NCBI GenBank assembly: GCA_002269645.1
Contig: NIVC01000861.1
Span: forward strand, 362,360 to 426,359
DNA from: Macrostomum lignano
Lineage: Eukaryota
Length of the DNA: 64,000 nucleotides
Reading direction: 5' to 3'
Numbering within the stretch: position 1 is the first letter of the stretch; the number at the start of each line of letters is the position of its first letter. The position numbers and the translations under genes are program-made. Positions 1 to 11,640 of this stretch are shown here, piece by piece. Under the pieces are notes generated by a model. That model had not been told where the DNA came from, ran no database searches, and worked only from the letters and a program-made list of their open reading frames with translations.

Positions 1-137
1 GACAGACAGACAGACAGACAGACAGACAGAAAGACAGACAAAAAAACAGACAAGCAGACAGACAGACAAACAAACAAACAGACAGACAGACAGAAAGACA
101 GACAGACAGGCAGACAGACAGACAGACAGGCAGACAG
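1..137. repeat. (GACA)n microsatellite
   Basis: Tandem GACA units read directly. Confidence 0.95.
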
Positions 138-524
138 GAGTATTTGTGAACGTCAATATTAGTCCAGAAAAAGTAGCAAGAGCAGAAAAGCAGATTCTAT
201 TATTGTTCACAATCAAGCGCAATGTACAAAATGTTGCTCTTTATTCCGTGCGCAGAATGCCAATATATTTAGCAATGGATCGATACTGCCGGAGCTAATT
301 TTAGGTTGAAAATTGGTACAAAAGGGATTGTAGTTGTAACCTCACTCGTAAATTCCTTCAAGCAAGCCTGCTCACACGTTAAAAGACGATTTCCTGTTTG
401 TTCCCGTACTGTCATTTGCGGGTGCTGCAAGCTAAATTATGGACCCGCTGCATATAACCTGAATAATTTTATGACTGGCTTATGGATACCTTGAAATATG
501 TCATTAAAACTCCTAAATCTACAG

Positions 525-1790
525 TCAAAACTACCAAATCTATCTAGAGTCAAAACTCACAAATCTACAGTCAAAACTCACAAATCTACAGTCAAAACTC
601 CCAAATCTACAGTCTAAACTTTTAAATCTACAGTCAAAACTCTCAAAATTGTGGTAGAAACTGCCAAATCTAAAGCCAAAACTTCCAAATATACAGTCAA
701 AACTCACTAAATTGCGGTAGAAACTGCCAAATCTAAAGCCAAAACTCCCAAATCTACAGTCAAAACTCACTAAATTGCGGTAGAAACTGCCAAATCTACA
801 GCCAAAACTCCCAAATCTACAGTCAAAACTCATTAAATTGCGGTAGAAACTCACAAATCTACAGCCAAAACTCCCAAATCTACAGTCAAAACTCCCAAAT
901 CTACAGTCAAAACTCACTAAATTGCGGTAGAAACTGCCAAATCTACAGCCAAAACTCCCAAATCTACAGTCAAAACTCATTAAATTGCGGTAGAAACTCA
1001 CAAATCTACAGCCAAAACTCCCAAATCTACAGTCAAAACTCCCAAATCTACAGTCAAAACTCATTAAATTGCGGTAGAAACTCACAAATCTACAGCCAAA
1101 ACTCCCAAATCTACAGTCAAAACTCCCAAATCTACAGTCAAAACTCACTAAATTGCGGTAGAAACTGCCAAATCTACAGCCAAAACTCACAAATCTACAG
1201 TCAAAACTCCCAAATCTACAGTCTAAACTTTTAAATCTACAGTCAAAACTCTCAAAATTGTGGTAGAAACTGCCAAATCTAAAGCCAAAACTCCCAAATC
1301 TACAGTCAAAACTCACTAAATTGCGGTAGAAACTGCCAAATCTACAGCCAAAACTCCCAAATCTACAGTCAAAACTCATTAAATTGCGGTAGAAACTCAC
1401 AAATCTACAGCCAAAACTCCCAAATCTACAGTCAAAACTCCCAAATCTACAGTCAAAACTCACTAAATTGCGGTAGAAACTGCCAAATCTACAGCCAAAA
1501 CTCCCAAATCTACAGTCAAAACTCATTAAATTGCGGTAGAAACTCACAAATCTACAGCCAAAACTCCCAAATCTACAGTCAAAACTCCCAAATCTACAGT
1601 CAAAACTCATTAAATTGCGGTAGAAACTCACAAATCTACAGCCAAAACTCCCAAATCTACAGTCAAAACTCCCAAATCTACAGTCAAAACTCACTAAATT
1701 GCGGTAGAAACTGCCAAATCTAAAGCCAATACTCCCAAAATCTCCAGTCAAAACTTGAAAATCTCCTGTGAAAACTTCAAAACTACAGGA
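525..1790. repeat. 21-bp minisatellite with a 609-bp (29-unit) higher-order duplication
   Basis: Unit ccaaatctacagtcaaaactc plus variants; the rare variant agtctaaactttt occurs at 611 and 1220. Confidence 0.95.
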
Positions 1791-1871
1791 CAAACTGCTT
1801 TTGTCGCAAATGTTTCGTTCCGCAGGTAATCTCGCAGGGAGGCCGCAGACCGCGCTGATTTTGGAGCACCT

Positions 1872-4002
1872 TCACAGCACCAGCCTGCTCAGGCCCGCCA
1901 TCAGGGCCGCACTGATGGCACCGCTGGCGGGCAGAGTGACCAGCCAGGCGATAATGATATTGCGAAATATCGACCATTCGACATTGTCACGGCTGCGAAA
2001 GAAGCCGACTAAGACTACGCTGCCAACTTTGCAGTGAGTTGTGCTGATTGGAATTCCGATGTTTGACGCAATCAGCACGGCCATGGCTGCCCCGAGCTCG
2101 ATGCAGAATCCGCTGGAATGGGGTGGGGAGACTGGGACTTGGCTTTTGGCAATGTATACAGGATGTATGTATAGAAAGCAGACGACATAGTTTAGTAGCT
2201 AGAATAGATGACACAATGAATGACAAAAGAATAATGTAGGCTTTTTTTGGTAGACCATGGGGTAGACAGCTGGACAATAGAGAGTACTGTATAGATATCT
2301 GGCGATTGGGTAGATAGTTGGGTAGAGGATTGAGTATGTAAGACCGTGGGTTGAATTGCAGTGAATAACAAAACGTGAGGAGGCCTCACTGGCTCGCGCC
2401 AATATATTTAATGCCAAAGCTGGGGTGGGTGTAACCACCCTCAGCACGCACACGCCGCAGCGCTAAACCCCAACCCCCAAACCAGCCAGACGTGCACATC
2501 TAAGTGCACGCGCACCAACAAGCCAGACTACAAGTAGATAGTTGGGTAGAGGATTGAGTAGAGAGTTGGGTAGAGGATTGAGTAGATAGTTAAGTAGAGG
2601 ATTGAGTAGACAGTTGGGTAGAGGATTGAGTAGACAGTTGGGTAAAGGATTGAGTAGACAGATCGGTAGAGGATTGAGAAGACAGTTGGGTAGAGGATTG
2701 AGTAGACAGTTGGGTAGAGGATTGAGTAGACAGTTGGGTAAAGGATTGAGTAGACAGTTGGGTAGAGGATTGAGAAGACAGTTGGGTAGAGGATTGAGTA
2801 GACAGTTGGTTAGACGATTAAGTAGAGACTTAGATAGAGGATTGAGTAGACAGGATGGTATATGTGGACGACGGAATGTATAATGGTATAGTGTAGATAA
2901 TAGAGTAGACACTAGGATAGACAATGAGATGGAGCTCACTCCAGACTCCACACCGAACTCACCTAGACGGTGTGATGGTGGTCAGATCCTCGCCCAGCGT
3001 CTGGATCACCCGCCTGCCCCAGATCCACAAGCCGATGCTGATGCCGAAACCGCCGTAGACCAATATCCAAATCGGGGAGGCGACCTTCCCGGCGATATCC
3101 CCTGTGGTGGCCACAACCCACAGGCCGATCAGAGGTCCGATAGCGTTGCTAACGTCGTTGCCGCCGTGAGCAAAGGCTCCAAAAATTGCCGTCAAAATTT
3201 GCAGCCAAGCAAAAATTCTAGCCTGCTCGGGTCGGTCAACGATCGCCTTCTTGCTTTTATTATCAGCTTTGCCCCCTTTGGCGCCTTGCTGCTGCTCGGA
3301 CTGGATTGGCTCCTCGTCTTCGGCGCTCTCAATCGGCTGCGGGCGGTTGTTGCCGTTTTTCTAGTTGCTATGCTGATTTAACAACTGGTAGATGGTTCCT
3401 TTTTAATCGTGGCGTCATAGTCTAAGTCAAGTGACGTCATAGTCTAATTGGGTGACGCCGCTGTCAAAGTGACGTCATAGTCTGATTTGGGTGCCGCCAA
3501 TGTCTAAGTGACGTCATAGTCTAATTGGGTGACGCCACTGTCAAAGTGGCATCATGATCTGGTTGGGTGACGCCACAGTCTCTTCGTGGCGATTTCACTA
3601 TTTAATTGAGTTAATCCACTATATAAATAAGTGACGCCATTGTCCTTTTAGATGACGTCACCATCTGATCATGTGACGTCACTATCTAGCAATCACGCAC
3701 TAACTGATGAAACCAATGCAAAACAGCACTCTACCTCTTAATAGACTGTAGGATACGTCAACATTAAAAATCAGGGGCTGACTAAAAGTTTTTTTTCTTA
3801 TTTTTAACAGAAACACCTTCCATTACATTCAAACCAATTCAATATACCTTGTACTTTGCCTTGCGCTGCTGAGTCGTGGAATCCGAATGGCTGCTCAACG
3901 CGACAGACGAGCCGGCTTCAGAAGGCGCATCAGCCACGGACTCTTCTGGCGGATTGTCGCGGAGCTCGGCTGAGAAAACGTTAGGGAATATATTTGAGTG
4001 TT

Positions 4003-4099
<97 letters not shown>

Positions 4100-4115
4100 C
4101 AGTTGGTTCGTTAGC

Positions 4116-4151
<36 letters not shown>

Positions 4152-4195
4152 AAGTTAGTTAGTTAGTTAGTTAGTTAGTCAGTTGGTTCGTTAGC

Positions 4196-4237
<42 letters not shown>

Positions 4238-4644
4238 TTTAGTTAGTTAGTTAGTTAGTCAGTCAGTTAGTTAGTTAGTTAGTTAAGGGGGTTGTAGCCT
4301 AGTGGTTAGAGCGTCGGACTCACGACTTGAAGGTCGGGGGTTCGATTCCCGAATCCCACTGGAATAATTTGTGTCCTTAAGCAAGACACTTAATTCTGCA
4401 TTGCTTCAGTTCACCCAGCTGTAAAATGGGTGCCAGCATTAGCTGGGGTAATTGAGGGGGTGTGTGGCGACCCCCAGTACTTGGACTGAACAGCCGTACG
4501 CAGCCTTCAGATGCGCCGCGCAATAGCTGCGGCTGAGCTGTCGGTTGCACATCTGGACATTAGGGCAGGTGTAATCAGTTATATGTAATATATATATATA
4601 TATATGTTTGTTTGTTTGTTTGTTTGTTTGTTTGTTTGTTTGTC

Positions 4645-4683
<39 letters not shown>

Positions 4684-7600
4684 GAGTTAGTTAGCTAGTT
4701 ATTCAGTCAGTCAGTTAGTTACTAAGATAATTAGGTAGACAGCTATAGTTACCAAGCTAGATAGTCTGATAACTAGTTAGTACATACTATACTCACCAAT
4801 AATTCGTTTCCGCTGCCATGGAATGAGGACCAGTTTCACCAGAATCGAGCAGATGATTCCAACGCCAAACGAGGCTAAGATGGCTCCCCACAATGGGATC
4901 ACGTGGAAGTAGAGGCCTGGGGTTTTTAATAATTGTTTCAGAAGTTTTTCTCGGACTATTCTTTGGCACTAATGAAGTTCAGAAGCAGAATGTTAATAAC
5001 TCACTCTCAGGTCCTTCGTACACGGTTGAGAATACGTTGATAGCGATGGTGACACTGTAGATTAGTGGCAGGAATCGGAGTCCAGGTTCCAGTGCATCTG
5101 GCTGCGAGTGGGGTGGATAGGTAGGAAATAGGTTTGGTAAAAAAATTAGGATAGATAGTAGGTAGGTAGTTGGGTAGTTAAATAGTTAGATAGGTAGGTA
5201 GGTAGGTACATGTAGGTAATGAAAATAATTGATTACACCTGCCTTAATGGGATTTGCAACCGACAGCTCAGCCGCAGCTATTGCGCGGCGCATCTGAAGG
5301 CTGCGTACGGCTGTTCAGTCCAAGGACTGGGGGGTCGCCACACACCCTCAATTACCCCAGCTAATGCTGGCACCCATTTTACAGCTGGGTGAACTGAAGC
5401 AATGCAGAATTAAGTGTCTTGCTCAAGGACACTAATTGTTCTAGTGGGATCGGGAATCGAACCCCCGACCTTCAAGTCGTGAGTCCGACGCTCTAACCAC
5501 TAGGCTGCAACATTTTAGGTAGGTAGGCCAGGTCAGGTAGGTAAACAGTATAGGTAGTTAGGTAGGAGGGTAGGTATGTAGGTAGGTAGGTAGGTAGGTA
5601 GGTCAGGTCAGGTCAGGTCAGGTCAGGTAGGTAGGTGGGTGGGCAGGTGCTTCTATAGACATATCCGCTCAGCATATTTTAAAAATTTTCATGAGTGAGC
5701 AATGCTGAGTTATTAGTTAGACAAATAAAAAATACATTTATAAAGCTTTATAATCACCTTTGTTAGGATGAAGACTTTAATAAAGTAGAACAGGGCTATG
5801 GAAATTCCGCCACTCAGCAGGGGCGAAATGAACCAGGAGGCCACTGAAAATCGGATAAGTCAATATGATTACCTAAAAATAATAAAACTTGGCTATAACT
5901 AAAATTCTTACACAATTGGCTAACAAAAAAGTTTTAAGCTGTAAAACGATAAGATCCGCTGAAATTTGAGCTATTTGAGAGCACAGAGAGCTATACGAGA
6001 AAAATTTAAAATAAGTCTGACTAGCAAAGACCTAAGCGTTTATTAGAAACCAGCTTCCCCCGACCAGATAATCTGATTCAGAACTCCATGGCTCCAAAAT
6101 TGCAGATGGTACAAAACACCCTGTAGCCCTGCGATTTTCCAGACCGCTTGGTCCGACATGCACAATTCGAAATTGAGTTTTCAACTGTTGAATTAAACTT
6201 TTTCCAAACTGCATGACGAACGAATAAGTGGGTGGGGGGGGGGTGCGCTGCTGAAATGAGATAAGCCTGGTTTGAATACAGCTTGAATCAGACTGCGCTT
6301 AGATACAAGCTCTAAAACCGTGCAAGGGTATTCTTCAAACTGATAAAGGAATGCCATTGAAGTGTCAGTTCTCCTGTCAAGCTGTCATCTCCTATCGTGA
6401 TTTAAGGATTGCCTATCCTGACCCAAGAATTGCCTATCCTGACCCAAGAATCTCTCATCCTGATCCAAGAATTGCCTATCCTGACCCGAGAATTGCCTGT
6501 CCTGACCCAAGAATCTCTCATCCTGACCCAAGAATCTCTCATCCTGACCCAAGAATCTCTCATCCTGACCCAAGAATCTCTCATCCTGATCAAGAATTGC
6601 CTATCCTGACCCGAGAATTGCCTGTCCTGACCCAAGAATCTCTCATCTTGACCCAAGAATCTCTCATCCTGACCCAAGAATTGCCTATCCTGACCCGAGA
6701 ATTGCCTGTCCTGACCCAAGAATCTCTCATCCTGACCCAAGAATCTCTCATCCTGACCCAAGAATCTCTCATCCTGACCCAAGAATCTCTCATCCTGACC
6801 CAAGAATTGCCTATCCTGACCCAAGAATCTCTCATCCTGACCCAAGAATTGCCAATCCTGACCCAAGAATTGCCTATCCTGACCCAAGAATTGCCCATCC
6901 TGACCCAAGAATTGCCTATCCTGACCCAAGAATCTCTCATCCTGACCCAAGAATTGCCTATCCTGACCCAAGAATCTCTCATCCTGACCCAAGAATTGCC
7001 TATCCTGACCCAAGAATCGCCTATCCTGACCCAAGAATCTCCCTTCCTGACCCAAGAATTGCCTATCCTGACCCGAGAATTGCCTGTCCTGACCCAAGAA
7101 TCTCTCATCCTGACCCAAGAATTGCCTATCCTGACCGAGAATTGCCTGTCCTGACCCAAGAATCTCTCATCCTGACCCAAGAATCTCTCATCCTGACCCA
7201 AGAATCTCTCATCCTGACCCAAGAATTGCCTATCCTGACCCAAGAATCTCTCATCCTGATCCAAGAATTGCCCATCCTGACCCAAGAATTGCGTATCCTG
7301 ACCCAAGAATCTCTCATCCTGACCCAAGAATTGCCTATCCTGACCCAAGAATCGCCTATCCTGACCCAAGAATCTCCCTTCCTGACCCAAGAATCGCCTA
7401 TCCTGATCCAAGAATTGCCTATCCTGACCCAAGAATCTCCCACCCTGAGACAAAGCAACTAGCTGCAGCATCTCCCAATTGGAAGCTGTCACCACTTACC
7501 GATGAGGCCCAACCGGGCCCAGTCCACTCCTGTCTGCGCGTTGGCCACAAGAGCGAAGCCCACGGTGGCGCCAACAATGGAGTGAGTGCCGGACACGGGC

Positions 7601-7977
7601 ACACGAAAGAACGTAGCAACCAGCAGCCAGATGCAGGTGCCAGAGAGGCTGGACAGCTGGCCTATCATGAGCAGCTGAGATCCGGTTGTACTAGTCCCAT
7701 TATTATTCAATTCAACGTAATAGTCGGTGTCTATGATGCCTTTTCGAATTGTCTCGGACACTTTCGCACCGAGTAGGACGGCACCGGCTGTCTCAAATAT
7801 TGTTGCCAGAATGCAAGCCTGCTTCAACGTCAGCACCTTGGAGCCGACCGACGTACCAAAACTGTTAGCAACGTCGTTCGCCCCGATGCCGAAGGCTAGT
7901 ACGAAAGCGATGATAAACCCCAGCACCACAATCCAGAGGTACTCCTCCGGGATTCCTAGAAAGCCGCTGGTGGTCAT
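1872..7977 (-). CDS. slc20a: Sodium-dependent phosphate transporter, SLC20/PiT (PHO4) family; 7 coding exons, 513 aa
   Basis: Exons assembled by hand with GT-AG sites and consistent phases: 7500-7977, 5758-5843, 5005-5101, 4797-4916, 3848-3969, 2963-3360, 1872-2112 (1542 nt). Signature motifs [61 protein letters not shown]. An upstream acceptor at 8018-8019 indicates a 5'UTR intron or trans-splice site. Confidence 0.95.
2290..2860. repeat. 24-bp minisatellite in SLC20 intron 6
   Basis: Unit gttgggtagaggattgagtagaca, most regular at 2530-2850. Confidence 0.9.
3410..3681. promoter_or_regulatory. Degenerate 38-39 bp tandem repeat carrying five perfect TGACGTCA (CRE) palindromes
   Basis: TGACGTCA at 3432, 3470, 3509, 3653, 3674 plus TGACGCC half-sites. 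The motif is seen; function is inferred. Confidence 0.4.
4006..4285. repeat. (TTAG)n microsatellite, resuming at ~4643-4720 after the SINE
   Basis: Direct read. Confidence 0.95.
4287..4581 (+). mobile_element. tRNA-derived SINE with CORE-like central domain, copy A
   Basis: A box TAGCCTAGTGG, B box GGTTCGATTCC, body tgtgtccttaagcaagacacttaa...cagctgtaaaatggg, AT-rich tail; 4 copies in window. Confidence 0.85.
5226..5511 (-). mobile_element. Same SINE, copy B, flanked by (TAGG)n
   Basis: Reverse complement nearly identical to copy A. Confidence 0.85.
6400..7445. repeat. 21-bp minisatellite in SLC20 intron 1
   Basis: Alternating variants atcctgacccaagaattgcct / atcctgacccaagaatctctc. Confidence 0.95.
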
Positions 7978-9179
7978 TGTTTCTCAATGGTGGCTTCTAG
8001 CCGAAACAATTCCCAGTCTAAAGAGAGAAGAAGCGGAAAAGCTCAAACACAACGTTGTTTTATGTTTCACTTTGCAAACGGTACAAAATCTAGCTACCTA
8101 TTTGACCAATGGGTGAGGCCGCGTGTATCAGAGGTCGGGCTCGAATCTCAGATAGATAAAAAAATAACAATCGATAAAGAGCAGCTCTAGCGGCTCTACA
8201 AGCGGGGAGGGTCGGTCAAAATGACACGCGTTGCTTGACGCGCTGTTTGCAATCGCACTTTGCACTCGGCCAGATCGTGACAAGCCCGAGCAAGAACACT
8301 TACGCCAAAGTTAGGCGTAGTATAGGGTTTTCGCGAGCTAAGGGAGACACTTCTTTCCAGCAATCTGAAATACCGGGTACCGAGTAGATACGCATGTCTA
8401 TGGTCAAAACCGTACGGTCTATGGCAAAGTGACAGACTCTTTTTTAACTAAAGTTTCCCTCGTGGGAAATGACTTCAGCGCATGGGTCCCGTGCTAAAGA
8501 ATACTCTTAACTCCTAAATCCTTAAGAGCGTCCTAACTCCTAGCTTCTAGATTAAGGTTTGTCGCGTGCTATTGAATAAGGAGTGGGGAGTTGGAGCTAG
8601 GAGTTGCTGTTTTCAAGAGTAGATTTTAGGAGCGCGTGTCCTAGAAGGATATAAAGAAGGAGCGACTTACATTTCTAGCTCCCAACTCCTAGTTAAGATT
8701 TCAAGGGATAAATTTTACTCTTAGGTTGATAGGAGTGTCATTGCTTACAGGATATGGAACAAGTACAGTGGAACCGGCCACATGCATGAAATAACTCGTG
8801 GCTGACAGAAGGCCGGCTCACAAAAGCTGCATGGACGCTGGACGATTGATCATATTGTGCAGCGAACTCCGTACGTCACATCCGGCTACAACAGAACTGC
8901 CTCAAAAGCTGGGTCATTTCTGAACCCACAGCAGCACGGGACGTTGAGCATCATGATGATTGCTCTGAAAATGGCTACCAGAGACGTACATTAGGGCTTG
9001 CTGGCTTGCTGGTGAATGCCCGAAATGTGATGGAAGCCAGGCGCGGCAGAATTTTATTCACTGACAGGACTGCCGACAACCTATGGACCGGAAAACACCT
9101 AACTTGCCTATGTCTCACTTAGATTGCAGTGCAAAATACAATACTAGTAGAAAACCTGATACTAAAAGAATAATAATCT

Positions 9180-10052
9180 TAGTGGGCGCCCTGCCTCTAG
9201 GTAGGCGCCCCTGTCTCTTGGTGGGCGCCCCTGTCTCTTGATGGGCGCCCCTGTCTCTTGGTGGGCGCCACTGTCTCTTGGTGGGCGCCCCTGTCTCTTG
9301 ATGGGCGCCCCTGTCTCTTGATGGGCGCCCCTGTCTCTTGATGGGCGCCCCTGTCTCTTGGTGGGCGCCCCTGTCTCTTGGTGGGCGCTCCTGACTCTTG
9401 GTGGGCGACCCTGTCTCTAGGTAGGCGCCCCTGTCTCTTGGTGGCGCCCCTGTCTCTTGATGGGCGCCCTGTCTCTTGGTGGGCGCCCCTGTCTCTTGGT
9501 GGGCGCCCCTGTCTCTTGATGGGCGCCCCTGTCTCTTGATGGGCGCCCCTGTCTCTTGATGGGCGCCCCTGTCTCTTGGTGGGCGCCCCTGTCTCTTGGT
9601 GGGCGCTCCTGACTCTTGGTGGGCGACCCTGTCTCTTGGTGGGCGCCCCTGTCTCTTGATGGGCGCCCCTGTCTCTTGGTGGGCGCCCCTGTCTCTTGAT
9701 GGGCGCCCCTGTCTCTTGGTGAGCGCCCCTGTCTCTTGGTGGGCGCCCCTGTCTCTTGGTGGGCGCCCCTGTCTCTTGGTGGGCGCCCCTGCCTCTTGAT
9801 GGGCGCCCCTGTCTCTTGGTGGGCGCCCCTGCCTCTTGATGGGCGCCCCTGTCTCTTGGTGGGTGCCCCGTCTCTTGGTGGGCGCCCTGTCTTTTGGTGG
9901 GCGCCCCTGTCTCTTGATGGGCACCCCTGTCTCTTGGAGGGCGCCACTGTCTCTTGATGGGCGCCCCTGTCTCTTGGTGGGCGCCCCTGTCTCTTGATGG
10001 GCGCCCCTGTCTCTTGGTGGCGCCCCTGTCTCTTGGCGGGCGCCCCTGTCTC
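9180..10052. repeat. 20-bp GC-rich minisatellite
   Basis: Unit gtgggcgcccctgtctcttg / atgggcgcccctgtctcttg. Confidence 0.95.
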
Positions 10053-10465
10053 ACTAAAAGTAAAATAAAGTGGTAAAACTCTGCCTTCAAATGAAAAATT
10101 CTGGCTTTGTTTGATGCTGAGATATTAGAAAAGGATAATAATTATTATTATTCTACACAATTAAGCTAGGCTTGCAGATTATGTTTATTAAATACTAAAC
10201 ATTGTCGCCATAGGAGCAGAGTGAAGTATTTTGCAACATTTCAAAGCCAGTTTCAATTGCAATAGGAGTACATGAATGAAATAAAGTACTTTTTCAAGGA
10301 AAACATGCTGTCTGTTAAAAGTGCACTGGAAACAAGGAAACTTGTACAACTAGGAGTGCAAGACAAAACTGATTCAGCTGAAGAAACAAATAAAAAGAAA
10401 AAAAACAGAAAGAAACAGAAAATAACAGTCAAAAGTCGTCAAGGAAAAGCAATTTAATTACAAAT

Positions 10466-11640
10466 TTATAGCAAATTATTTGAAATAAACCTGAAGAATT
10501 TGCCAAACGCAAAACTCCTCAAAGCCCGCATCAGTCGCCGTAAGGCAGAAACACTGAAAGCAAATACCGTTTCCATAGCAACAGCTCCAAAGTGATGTTT
10601 TCTCTCCTGGCCAGCCTGTCGAGGGTGCGGCAAGCGGACGAACTCAACGAACGGATGCCGGCCAAGAGCTCGAATCGCCTGACACGTCATGGTGGGCTTC
10701 GAGCACCCGGTGCTGGTGTGAGGCTGATAGTGGCACTGCCGCATCACGTCGGATTTGTACTGCCGCCTGAGAAAGCGCAGAGGCCGCCTTGGGGAGGGCA
10801 GCAGCAGACCGGGGCCGAAAGGCCTCCAGCTGAGCGGATAGACATCCTCAATAGAAAATACCCTGGGCTGTTCCAGTCGGATAAACCAGCGACCGGAGTT
10901 TCGGATTAGAAACAGGTCGACAGCAAGTAGGCAGGACTTGGTGCCGTTCACCAAGTCGCACCGGATCCCGAGCTTCCAGTGCATGTTCAGCGCCTCGGTG
11001 TCTAGAAATAAATACGTCGAGCTTTTAGAAAGCTCCTCGAGTAGGTAGCGAACCTGCGACTTTTGATCCACTCTGATGCCGAAGTCGAAATCGTCGTCCC
11101 ACGGCACCAGGCCGAAGTGCCGCACCGAGCCGATCAAGCTACCATCAAGTAGGAAAAGTTCCAAGCCCCTACTGGTGAAATTGGAGAACAGGTGGCCCAG
11201 CTGCCTGTACACCTCGGCCATGTCTCTTGAGTTGGCGAAATGCCTGAAGCAGTTGGAATCATTCAAAATTCTGTTGGCAGTTATTGGCGCAACAGCTTTG
11301 GCGCACGACTCTGACGTCAGATTGGCCAGGTCGACTGGCGTTTCCAGCGTAGCGTAGAAGCCCGGCTTGATTGGCAGCTGTCTGCGCACTTCAGCCTGAT
11401 CTGCGGTCACCTCTGCTAGACGATCCAGCAGGTTACTATGGTAACAAGCGTCGCTGACGGTTGGCTCTATCAGTTTCGAATCGCTGTCAATGCCCCACAA
11501 CGAGCTGCCCAGTAGCTGGGATCGCCATTGCAGCATTGGTGAAATTGGCTGAACAAGTACAGGCTCAGGAGCATTACCACGGCATCGGCTATCACTGTTC
11601 CTGGCCGAAGGAGACCCTTTGACAGGGTTGAAAGTAACAT
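10466..11640 (-). CDS. LicD/fukutin/FKRP-family phosphotransferase, intronless; N-terminal anchor apparently frameshifted
   Basis: LicD motif LLDGSLIGSVRHFGLVPWDDDFDFG, plus VDLFL and EDVYPL...FG. The likely ATG at 11640 (MLLSTLSKGLLRPGTVIADAVVMLLSLYLF, hydrophobic) is one base out of frame with the long ORF 10466-11719. Confidence 0.8.

Noticed and set aside
540-1793. 417-aa ORF of FGSFDCR repeats, and similar long ORFs at 6351-7495, 9115-10090, 28853-29989, 61161-61470
   Set aside because: By-products of stop-free tandem units; open in several frames or strands, with no unique domains.
4287-4360. tRNA gene (CAC anticodon-like loop)
   Set aside because: Anticodon and acceptor stems pair poorly, and the head continues into the same ~220-bp body in all copies, so it is a SINE head.
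525-10052. CRISPR-like arrays
   Set aside because: Units are head-to-tail without unique spacers; no cas genes; eukaryotic context.
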